Source: an uncultured Chloroflexia bacterium
Lineage (GTDB): Bacteria; Chloroflexota; Limnocylindria; Limnocylindrales; CSP1-4
Direction of reading: 5' to 3'
NCBI GenBank assembly: GCA_963712745.1
Contig: CAVQJC010000001.1
Span: forward strand, 192,001-256,000
Length of the DNA stretch: 64,000 nt
Positions 19,898-28,648 of the stretch are shown one piece after another. The notes under the pieces were generated by a model. The model worked only from the letters and a program-made list of their open reading frames with translations. It did not search any database and was not told where the DNA came from. Numbering within the stretch: the first letter of the stretch is position 1; each line of letters begins with the position of its first letter. The position numbers were made by a program, and so were the translations under genes.

Positions 19898-21264
19898 TGG
19901 GCACCGACATCCTGGCACTCGACGTGGGAACGAGTGGGCTTAAGGCAGGGGTCTATACCTCGGATCTGCGGCTCGAGCGCGCGGTAACCCACGGGTACGA
20001 GCCGGACATCAGTGCCGGCGGCCAGGCGGACATATGGCCCGAACGGTGGTGGTCGGCCATCACCGCTGCCTGCGCCGAGCTTGGGTCCTCCCTTGCGGAC
20101 GTCAGCGTCATCAGCCTGGGCGTGACCACTCCTGGCCTGACGCCGATGGCAGCGGATGGCACCGCCCTGGGTCCGGCCATCCTGATGATGGACGGACGCT
20201 CGCGGAACCAGGCGGCGGCCATTCGCAAAGCCGTGGGCGAGGAACGCTTCCTGGCACAGGCCTGCAACTTGCCGGTGTCAGGCGGATCGTCGCTCGCGAG
20301 CATCCTCTGGATCCGCGACGAGCGTCCCGAGGTCTGGGCCAAGGCCGCGATCTTCGGACACACCAACACGTACGTGGTAAAGCGGCTGACGGGGCAGTGG
20401 GCCATCGACCCGTCCACGACATCGATCACCGGCCTGTACGCAACCGCGCGCAACGATCTGACCTGGATTGCCGAGGTGCTCGAGGCGGCCCATCTCGACC
20501 CTGCGAGACTGCCGCCTCTGATGCACTCGTTCGACCCGGTCGGGCGGATCTTACCAGCGGTCGCCGATGCGCTCGGATTGCCTCGCGAGGCGGTGGTGTT
20601 GTGCGGTGCGAATGACGCAGCCCTCGCAGCATGGTCAGGCGGGCTGTCCGAGCCCGGTGATGCCAACATCATCAGCGGTACCACCGACATCGCCAATGTC
20701 TGTACCGACGCGCCCGTGGCCTCGCCAGACTTCAACGTCCGCTGTCATGTCGTCCCCGGGCGCTGGCTCACGTTCTTCGTGCTCAACACCGGTGGCGTGG
20801 CCTATGACTGGTTCCGGCGCACCTTCTGCCGCGAGTTTGCGGTTGACGACTTCTACGCCGAGTACCTACCCGGCGTGTTAGAGGGCTTCCTCGGCGATCC
20901 CGCGGTCGATGGGCGAGAGGCCGAGCTGCCGACCTACCTGCCCTTCCTCGCCGGCAGCCGCTACTCGACCGAGCCACTTACGGCGTCATTCTCCGGTATC
21001 GGGCTCCAGACCACGCGAGAAGACCTGCTCCTGGCCATCGTGTGCGGCAACCTGCAGTACCTCGGCCAGCACCTCGAGCAGGTCGCCGCGCACGTACGCG
21101 TCAACCCGACGGTCGGCATCTCCGGTGGCGCAGCCCGGATCAGGGGCATGCTCGAAGCACGTCGGCGCTGGACGGGTGACTTCGAGTACGTCTTCCAGGA
21201 CCAATCGTCGCTGCTCGGGGCGGCCATGCTCGGGCAGGTGTATCAGCGTGGTGGCGCGGTATGA
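19897..21264 (+). CDS. FGGY family carbohydrate kinase
   Basis: LDVGTSGLK, DGRS, GANDAA, SGTTD, SGGAA; TGATG overlap. Confidence 0.88.
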   Translation: MGTDILALDVGTSGLKAGVYTSDLRLERAVTHGYEPDISAGGQADIWPERWWSAITAACAELGSSLADVSVISLGVTTPGLTPMAADGTALGPAILMMDGRSRNQAAAIRKAVGEERFLAQACNLPVSGGSSLASILWIRDERPEVWAKAAIFGHTNTYVVKRLTGQWAIDPSTTSITGLYATARNDLTWIAEVLEAAHLDPARLPPLMHSFDPVGRILPAVADALGLPREAVVLCGANDAALAAWSGGLSEPGDANIISGTTDIANVCTDAPVASPDFNVRCHVVPGRWLTFFVLNTGGVAYDWFRRTFCREFAVDDFYAEYLPGVLEGFLGDPAVDGREAELPTYLPFLAGSRYSTEPLTASFSGIGLQTTREDLLLAIVCGNLQYLGQHLEQVAAHVRVNPTVGISGGAARIRGMLEARRRWTGDFEYVFQDQSSLLGAAMLGQVYQRGGAV

Positions 21265-21280
21265 GGCAGGCAAGGAGCGT

Positions 21281-22135
21281 GTGATAGCGATGGCAGCGAC
21301 CAGAACCATGGTGGCCACGGCCATGCAGGGCGGCTACGCCGTGCCGGCGATCAACGTCGTCGACCAGCTGTCCATGGAAGCGGTGCTGGCGGCGGCCCAG
21401 GAGCTGCGCAGCCCGGTCATCGTGCAGACCTCGGTCAAGACCGTGCGCTCCATCGGCCTCGAGGTGCTGAAGGCGATGTGGGACACGACGGCCGCCTCGG
21501 TCGACGTGCCCGTGGCGCTGCACCTGGACCACTGCCCCGACCGAGGGGTCATCAGCGACTGCCTCGCCGCAGGCTGGGACTCGGTGCTGTTCGATGCACA
21601 CGAGCTCTCGGTCGAGGAGAACGAGCGCCAGTGCATCGAGGTCGTGGCCGAGGCGCGGCGCCACGGTGCCGACGTGGAGGGCGAGATCGAGGGCATCCGC
21701 GGCGTGGAGGACGGCATCGGTTCCGACGTTGCCAGCGTCATCCGGTCGCTCGAGGTCGCCGTCGGATTCATCGAGCGCACGGGCGTGGATATCTTCGCCC
21801 CGGCCATCGGCAACGCCCACGGCATGTACGCCGCACAGCCGACGCTCGACCACCAGCGCATCAGCGACCTCGTCGCGGCCACCGGCATCCCCATGGCGCT
21901 GCACGGCGGCACCGGCCTCAGCCCCGAGCAGTTCCGCGACCTGATCGCCCGCGGCTGCGCCAAGGTCAACGTCTCGACCGCCCTGAAGATGGCCTACATC
22001 GAGGCCAGCCGGGCCTACCTCGATGAGCACCCCGACGCGGCCGACCCGCCCAGGCTCTTCGCCCACGTGCGCGAGGCAGTGATGGAGATGACGCGGGCAC
22101 ACATCCGCATGTTCGGCTCGGAGGGGAGGGCATGA
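21281..22135 (+). CDS. class II fructose/tagatose-bisphosphate aldolase
   Basis: LHLDH, VEGEI, AIGNAHG, LHGGTG, KVNVST; aaggag RBS. Confidence 0.9.
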   Translation: MIAMAATRTMVATAMQGGYAVPAINVVDQLSMEAVLAAAQELRSPVIVQTSVKTVRSIGLEVLKAMWDTTAASVDVPVALHLDHCPDRGVISDCLAAGWDSVLFDAHELSVEENERQCIEVVAEARRHGADVEGEIEGIRGVEDGIGSDVASVIRSLEVAVGFIERTGVDIFAPAIGNAHGMYAAQPTLDHQRISDLVAATGIPMALHGGTGLSPEQFRDLIARGCAKVNVSTALKMAYIEASRAYLDEHPDAADPPRLFAHVREAVMEMTRAHIRMFGSEGRA

Positions 22136-23019
22136 GCGCGCTCCTCTTCGACTGCGACGGCGTCCTCGCCGACACCGAGCGCCACGGGCACCTGCCCGCC
22201 TTCAACCGGGCCTTCGCCGAGTTCGGGTTGCCCGTCCGCTGGTCGGAGGAGGAATACGGCAGGGCCCTGCATATCGGTGGCGGCAAGGAGCGCCTGGCCT
22301 CCCTGCTCACCCCCGAGCTCGTGGCCGAGGCTGGTCTGCCGACCGACCCGGAGGGCCAGGCTGTCGAGGTCGCGAGGTGGCACCGGCGCAAGACCGAGCT
22401 GTATGTCGAGCTGGTCCGCGCGGGCCGGCTGCCACCGCGCCCTGGCATCGCCCGCATCGTGGACGAAGCGCGCGTCGCAGGATGGCAGCTCGCGGTCTGC
22501 TCGACCTCGGCCGAGCCCTCGGTCCGCGCCATCCTGGAGACGGCGGTCGGGACCGACGCGGCGGCGGACTTCCTCGTGCTGGCCGGGGACATCGTGGCGG
22601 CCAAGAAGCCGGCGCCGGACATCTACGAGCTCGCGCTCGAGCGGCTCGGCATCGAGCCTGAGGAGGCGGTCGTCGTCGAGGACTCGCGCAACGGGCTGCT
22701 CGCAGCCCACGCCGCTGGGCTGGCCACCGTCGTCACTGTCAACGGCTACACCCGCGACCAGGACTTCGGCGAGGCCGCCCTCGTGGTCTCGTCACTGGGC
22801 GACCCTGGGGCTGAGCCTATCGAGGTGCTGGCCGATCGGGCAGGAGTGGGGGCAGGAGCCTACCTGACGCTGCCGGACCTCCAGGCATGCCGTCCGTGCC
22901 AGCCGAAGCAGCGGGCCCGAAACCTCATCCCAGAAGTACATCCGGTCCATGCAGCGAAGGGAGCATCACATGAACTCGATCGAACGTGTCGCAGCGGCGA
23001 TCGAACTGCGGAACCCTGA
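22132..23019 (+). CDS. HAD-IA hydrolase, CbbY-like sugar phosphatase
   Basis: FDCDGVLADTERHGH, GGGKER, KKPAPDIY, EDSRNG. Confidence 0.88.
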   Translation: MSALLFDCDGVLADTERHGHLPAFNRAFAEFGLPVRWSEEEYGRALHIGGGKERLASLLTPELVAEAGLPTDPEGQAVEVARWHRRKTELYVELVRAGRLPPRPGIARIVDEARVAGWQLAVCSTSAEPSVRAILETAVGTDAAADFLVLAGDIVAAKKPAPDIYELALERLGIEPEEAVVVEDSRNGLLAAHAAGLATVVTVNGYTRDQDFGEAALVVSSLGDPGAEPIEVLADRAGVGAGAYLTLPDLQACRPCQPKQRARNLIPEVHPVHAAKGASHELDRTCRSGDRTAEP

Positions 23020-24002
23020 CCGGGTTCCCGTAGATCTACACAACTTCCTGCCTGCTGCGCAGGCATTTGGACGCCCGTTCACGGAGACGTTCAGGGACGG
23101 GGAGTTGCTGGCCCAGGCCATGCTGGACGCGTGGCGCGAGTTCGGCCACGACATGATCCTCCTCGAGAACGGGACCGGCTGCAATGCCGAGGCCTGCGGG
23201 GCCGAGGTCAGCTATCGCGATGATGCCTCGCCCGTGGCCGAGAAGCCGCTCATCTCATCGCTCGACCAAGTCGCAGATCTGGTCGTGCCGGACCCTGAGA
23301 CGACCTTCCCACAGAATGAGATCCTCAAGGCCACGAGCGATCCTGTCCAAGGAAATCGGGGACCAAGCCTGGATCGTGGCGCGAGCGGACCAGGGACCGT
23401 TCGACCTTGCCGCCCAGCTCTTCGGGATGGAGGACCTGATGATGGCCATGGCCATGGGCGAGACCGAGGGCGTGAAGACGCTGCTCTCCTACTGCCGTGA
23501 GGTCACCACTCGCTACGCCTACGCATTGCTGGACGCAGGCGGTCGCTCGACGTCGATCGGAGAGCCGGTCTCCGGTCCCGGCCTCATCTCGCCGAAGGAC
23601 TACCAGCGCTTCGCGATGCCGCAGCAGCGCCAGCTCGTGGAGGACGTCACAGCCCACGGTGGCATCGTCGCTAACCACATCTGCGGCGACACGATCCCGA
23701 TCTTCGACGACTTCATGGCCACAGGTGCCCAGATCCTGGAGATCGACCACGTCACCGACAAGCAGGCGGCCAAGGACCTCGCTCGTGGCCGCACCTGTCT
23801 GCTCGGTACGCTCGACACCAACACCATCACCATGGGCACGCCCGCCGAGGTCGAGGACGAAGTGCGTGAAGCGATCGCCATCCTGGCACCCGATAGCGGC
23901 TTCATCATCGGTCCGGGCTGCGCGCTCGGGCCGGAGACCCCGGCGGACAACATCCATGCGCTGATTGAGGCTGCGCGCAAGTACGGGACCTATCCAGTCT
24001 GA
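22970..24002 (+). CDS. URO-D/MtaA-family methyltransferase with Zn motif (putative MT2), one frameshift
   Basis: MNSIERV...PDRVPV...EACGA joins ILSKEIG...QGPFDLA through an indel near 23338; HIC...GPGC (H-x-C-x78-C). Confidence 0.8.
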
Positions 24003-24171
24003 CCCGGTCACGGCGAGAGGACTGCTCACTCGGCAAGTCAGTCGGCAGGGCCAGAGCGATGGAACTCACGCCTAGGATGCGAAGACTGCTCCCGTCAATC
24101 AACCTCGACCGGCATCAGCTCGGCGGACCCATCCAGGTTCGGACAATCTGCAAGGAGGAGGGACACGATCC

Positions 24172-24804
24172 ATGGCTGACCTGACCGCACTGACCGCGGC
24201 CGTCGAAGCGGGCAACCGGGCCGAGGCGGTGAGCCTCACCCAGGCCGCCATCGACGCGGGTACCCCACCCCAGGAGATCCTCGACGCCATGACGACGGCG
24301 ATGACCGAGGTCGGCCGCAAGTTCGCCTGCAACGAGGGCGTGTACGTGCCCGAGATGCTCATCAGCGCCCACGCCATGAAGGAAGCCAGTGCGCTGCTCG
24401 AGCCGCTGCTGGCCGCCTCGGGTATCAAGCCCGAGCACACCGCCGTCATCGGCACGGTGCAGGGCGACCTCCACGACATCGGCAAGAACCTCGTGGGCAT
24501 GATGCTGAAAGGCGCCAACTTCGAGATCGTGGACCTGGGCACCAACGTCAGCCCCGAGGCCTTCGCCGAGGCGGCGGTGGAGCACGGCGCCACCATCGTC
24601 GGCATCAGCGCCCTGCTGACGACCACGATGGTGGGCATGAAGGCCGCCGTGGAGGCCATCCGGGCGGCCGACCCCAAGGCCAAGATCCTCGTCGGCGGGG
24701 CGCCCGTGACCGACGAGTTCGCCGCCGAGATCGGCGCCGACGGCTTCGCCAAGGACGCCGCCACCGCGGCCAACGTGGCCCAGGCACTGCTGGCGGCGCG
24801 GTAG
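24172..24804 (+). CDS. corrinoid (B12-binding) methyltransferase protein, second copy
   Basis: YVPEML, GDLHDIGKN, SALLTTTM, GGAPVT; strong RBS. Confidence 0.92.
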   Translation: MADLTALTAAVEAGNRAEAVSLTQAAIDAGTPPQEILDAMTTAMTEVGRKFACNEGVYVPEMLISAHAMKEASALLEPLLAASGIKPEHTAVIGTVQGDLHDIGKNLVGMMLKGANFEIVDLGTNVSPEAFAEAAVEHGATIVGISALLTTTMVGMKAAVEAIRAADPKAKILVGGAPVTDEFAAEIGADGFAKDAATAANVAQALLAAR

Positions 24805-24908
24805 GGCAGCGAGCAGCACATAGCGCGTGCCCTGGTGGGGCTCCTGAGCAAGTGCCCGATCCGCACGATGCCGCGGGTTCGCCCAGATAGGCACCAACTG
24901 GCCAAATC

Positions 24909-24932
24909 CAGTCAGTCACGCAGTCAGTCACG
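24909..24932. repeat. perfect 12-bp tandem repeat (cagtcagtcacg x2), possible integrase arm site
   Basis: Seen directly, ~70 bp from the displaced tRNA 3' end at 25000. Confidence 0.5.
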
Positions 24933-25015
24933 GAACCCGAAAACGGGGTCGTCCGGAGTGGGACGGAGTCGCCCGTAGAGGGCATTCCACGAGGGAAAGG
25001 TGGCTCCGGCGGTAG

Positions 25016-26346
25016 TGTCTGAGTTCAGGACATAGGTGACACCTGATAGGTCACAGGTGAGTCGGGACATCGGTGACAGTCCGGTGCATGTCGAAGCATC
25101 GGGTGGCCGTCCTGAAGGTCCTCACGCATCAGTCGTCCGTCACCGCTGCCGCAGCCGAGGTGGGCCTGAGTCGGGGCTACCTGCAGCGACTCCTGCGCCG
25201 CTGCCGCGAGGGCGGACTCGAGGCGCTCGAGCCACGGTCGCGGCGGCCACGTACCAGCCCCGGCCGCATACCCGAGGCGGTCCGCGAGCGCATCGTCGCG
25301 TTGCGCACCGAGCTCACCGCCCAGGGCCTCGATGCCGGCCCCGTCACGATCGTTTGGCACCTCGAGCGCGAAGGGCTCCGCGTGCCTTCGGACTCGACGA
25401 TCCGGCGGGTCCTCCATGCCGCGGGCCTCGTCGTGCCCGAGCCGCGCAAGCGCCCGCGCAGCTCGTGGCACCGCTTCGAGGCCACGATGCCCAACGAGCT
25501 GTGGCAGTCGGACGTGACCCACTGGCGGCTCGCCGATGGGAGCGAGGTCGAGATCTGCTCCTGGCTCGACGACCACGCCCGCTACCTGCTCGACTGCACG
25601 GCCTTCCGACACGTCGACGGTGACGACGTGGTGGCCTCGTTCTGCGCCGCGGGCGAGGCCCACGGTTGGCCCGCGGCCACGCTCACCGACAACGCCGCGG
25701 TCTACACCTCGCGCTTCACGGGCGGGCGCAACGCCTTCGAGTACCTGCTCGCCTACCTCGGTATCCAGCAGAAGAACGGGGCGCCCGGCCATCCCCAGAC
25801 GCAGGGCAAGATCGAGCGCTTCCACCAGACCTTGAAGCGCTGGCTCGCACAGCGAGCCCGCCGCACGGACCATCCCTGAGCTGCAGGCGCAGCTCGATGC
25901 CTTCCGGGCGACCTACGACGAGGAGCGTCCGCACCGGGCCATCGGCCGACGCACCCCGGCCGAGGCCTACCGGGCGAGCCCGAAGGCCCACCCCGCCGGG
26001 CGCGGCGCCCCAGGGCATCTGCGCCTGCGCTACGACCTGGTCGACAAGGGCGGCCGCATCACGTTGCGCCGGGCCGGTCGCCTGCACCACCTGGGGATCG
26101 GGGCCGCCCATGCCCGCAAGCGCGTCCTGGCCATCGTCGATGAGCGCGCGGTCACGGTCGTCGACCTCGGGACCGGCGAGGTCCTCTCAAGCCATCTGAT
26201 CGCGCCCGATCGCGACTACTGGCGCAACCAACGACGAGACCCCGGCCGGTGGCCGGGGTCCCAAGCGACTCGATGACGTCTGAGCTGGTTCATCGGTTGT
26301 CACCGATGTCCCGACTCATCTGTCACCTATGTCGCGACTCATGACA
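25016..26346 (+). mobile_element. IS481-family insertion sequence
   Basis: TGT...ACA ends, imperfect 26-bp IRs with internal repeats (gacataggtgaca / gacatcggtgaca), flanked by 16-bp direct repeats gtggctccggcggtag at 25000-25015 and 26347-26362. Confidence 0.9.
25088..26276 (+). CDS. IS481-family DDE transposase, frameshift near 25856
   Basis: PNELWQSD, LDDHAR, TDN, QGKIERFHQTLK, then ELQAQLD...RPHRAI...TP in the next frame. Confidence 0.88.
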
Positions 26347-26347
26347 G

Positions 26348-26422
26348 TGGCTCCGGCGGTAGGATTCGAACCTACGACCAATCGGTTAACAGCCGACCGC
26401 TCTACCACTGAGCTACGCCGGA
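26348..26422 (-). tRNA. tRNA-Asn (GTT)
   Basis: 75 nt TCCGGCG...CTGTTAA...GGTTCGAATCC...CGCCGGAGCCA; full cloverleaf, encoded CCA. Confidence 0.97.
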
Positions 26423-26606
26423 ACGGGTCCTGGTCGCACGTCGGATGGACCCGGACGTGCCGACACAAACACCACGCGACTGGTGGTGCCGGAAGAGGAT
26501 AGCACCTCCACGCTCGAGCCCCGCTCTGCCGAGGTCCCCGACCTTGCCGCGGGAGTACTTCCGGACCCCTTTCGTGGTGCGTCGCCGCGCCAGTAGCATC
26601 GCGAGC

Positions 26607-27707
26607 GTGGACGACGACATCTTCACGCCCTGGCTGCTGCTCGTCGCGGCCGGCCTCGTCGGCGGCATCGTGCTGTTCGTGCGCGGCTTGGTGGCGTACC
26701 GGCGCGACCGCCTCATCTCCTCGGTGGCCACCTCCAGCCTCGACGGCATCGCCGCGGGCGAGGTCCGCGTCACCGGCCTGGTCGAGCCCATCGAGCAGAC
26801 GCTCATCTCGCCGCTCCAGTCGAAGCCCTGCGTCTGGTACCGGGCACGCGTCGAGACCACCGGTGACAACAGCCGCGTCCTGCTCGACGAGGAGAAGTCG
26901 CAGGAGTTCCGCATCCGCAACGAGAGCGGTGAGATCCGCGTGGTCCCCCGCGGCGCACGCTGGGAGATCGGCACGGCCTACGACGAGTCGACCAGCATGT
27001 TCGGCGACGAACCCCCGGGGCTGGACCGTCGCCGAGGTGCGGTCTACGCCAGCGTGCTCCAGCGCGACCCCGAGCACATGACCGACATCGAGCGCGAGAC
27101 CGCGGCCCAGGCCCTGCTGACCGTGCAGCAGCCGGAGCCATCGAGCTGGGATGCCGGCGATCCGAGCGTGGTCGACTTCGGGGCACCCTTGGGCAAGGAG
27201 ACCGGCCGGCGCTATCGCGAAGCCCGCCTGGAGCCCGGCCAGACCATCACCGTCCTCGGCCAGGCCTGGCCCTGGGGCGAGGTGTGCGAGGTGCTGCTCA
27301 CCTGGACTCCCAGCAGCAACGTCGAGGCAGATATGGCCGGCGATCTGGCCTATGCCCGGGAGATGGGCATCCTCGCGGCCAGCCCGGAGGAGGCCTGGGG
27401 TAACGCCGCCATCCCCGGCTTCGGCATCGGCCAACCGACCGCCGCCCCGGAGCTCGACCCGCGAGCCAACGCCCCCGAGGTGCCCGAGGACGAATCGATC
27501 CACCGCGACGCGCTCGAGAAGTACGACATCCCCGACGAGGAGCTGGTCCTCTCGCGGGGGCTCAAGGGCGGCCTGGCCATCTACGCGGGCAACCCGGCCG
27601 AGGCCACGCAACACCACGACTTCGACTTCATGCTCGGGGTGATCGGGGCGGTGATGGCAGCACTCTGCGCCTTCGGACTCGGCGCCCTGCTCACCGGTAC
27701 GCTGTAG
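26607..27707 (+). CDS. two-TM membrane protein with GIDE-like domain
   Basis: N- and C-terminal TM helices; GEVRVTG...LISPLQSKPCVWY...YREARLEPG; TAGCAT 7 nt before the GTG; upstream of lemA. Confidence 0.65.
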   Translation: MDDDIFTPWLLLVAAGLVGGIVLFVRGLVAYRRDRLISSVATSSLDGIAAGEVRVTGLVEPIEQTLISPLQSKPCVWYRARVETTGDNSRVLLDEEKSQEFRIRNESGEIRVVPRGARWEIGTAYDESTSMFGDEPPGLDRRRGAVYASVLQRDPEHMTDIERETAAQALLTVQQPEPSSWDAGDPSVVDFGAPLGKETGRRYREARLEPGQTITVLGQAWPWGEVCEVLLTWTPSSNVEADMAGDLAYAREMGILAASPEEAWGNAAIPGFGIGQPTAAPELDPRANAPEVPEDESIHRDALEKYDIPDEELVLSRGLKGGLAIYAGNPAEATQHHDFDFMLGVIGAVMAALCAFGLGALLTGTL

Positions 27708-27709
27708 CC

Positions 27710-28285
27710 ATGGCCATCCAGCTCGCCCTGACGGTCGGTGTCGTGCTCGCCATCGTGCTCGTCGTGTTCCTCGTGGTCATCACCTACAACACCGTGGTCG
27801 CACTCCAGCGTCGCTGCCAGCGGGCGTGGGCCAACATCGACGTGGCCCTCAAGCAGCGCCACGACCAGCTGCCCAACCTCGTCTCCGCAGTGCGGGGCGT
27901 CATGGCCTTCGAGGAGCAGGTGCTCGAGGAGGTCACGCGCGCTCGCGCGGCCTACTCGCCCGACGCCTCGATCCACGACCAGGCCGTCGTCTCCGAGCAG
28001 ACCTCGGAAGCGGTGCGCTCGCTGTTCGCCGTGGTCGAGGACTACCCCGACCTCAAGTCACACGCCAACGTCATGGCTCTGCAGGAGGAGATCGAGCGAG
28101 TCGAGACGCTCATCGCCCGCCGCCGGGAGCTCTTCAACAACCAGGTCTATCAGTACAACGTGAGCATCAAGACCGTCCCCGGCACTCTCATCCGGCCCCT
28201 GTTCGGATGGCGCGAGGTCGACATGTTCGAGGCTACGGAGGAGGAGCGGGTCAAGCCCGAGACGGTGTTGTACGAGGCGCACTAG
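27710..28285 (+). CDS. lemA: LemA family protein
   Basis: YN...AWANIDVALKQRHDQLPNLV, EDYPDLK, RRELFN. Confidence 0.92.
   Translation: MAIQLALTVGVVLAIVLVVFLVVITYNTVVALQRRCQRAWANIDVALKQRHDQLPNLVSAVRGVMAFEEQVLEEVTRARAAYSPDASIHDQAVVSEQTSEAVRSLFAVVEDYPDLKSHANVMALQEEIERVETLIARRRELFNNQVYQYNVSIKTVPGTLIRPLFGWREVDMFEATEEERVKPETVLYEAH
28166..28265 (+). repeat. lemA 3' segment, duplicated at 32073-32171
   Basis: Last 60 bp match 59/60; upstream ~40 bp match with a few substitutions and a 1-nt gap. Confidence 0.9.
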
Positions 28286-28648
28286 CGGCCCCGCCCCCGA
28301 GGCCGGTGACCACGCCGCCCCGAGCGCCCTGAAGGGCGCCACTTGCTGAGCACGAGATACCCTCCTCCTCGGCTGCGAGGGCAGGAGCGACCGTAGCCCA
28401 ACGCAGTCCTCGCGCGGCTGATGTACCGAGGACGTGCCTAGTGACCCACGCTACCCGAGGAATGTGCTCCGGGACTGCCATCTCGCGCAAGAGGCAGGGG
28501 TCACGTCCACACTACGCAGCGATGGTCTGGGCCTGCGGCCGTCCCTCGCATCGCGCCACATGTGCGAACGCTGCTGTCGGGCCGTCTGGCTCTTGATGCG
28601 CCCGCCTTGGCCCGGGGAGCATGCTGCCCATCAGCCAGGGAGTCGGAC

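Larger units (their letters stand above)
6565..26347. mobile_element. genomic island integrated at tRNA-Asn (no integrase visible)
   Basis: Bounded by the intact tRNA and a 25-bp tRNA copy; contains a TA pair, a catabolic regulon, a gene remnant and an IS481. Confidence 0.7.

Noticed and set aside
24003-24171. Cobalamin riboswitch ahead of the corrinoid gene
   Set aside because: No recognisable B12-box or conserved core.
25840-25880. Programmed frameshift in the IS481 transposase
   Set aside because: No slippery motif, IS481 transposases are single ORFs, and similar single indels occur at 9480, 23338, 51800 and 62535.
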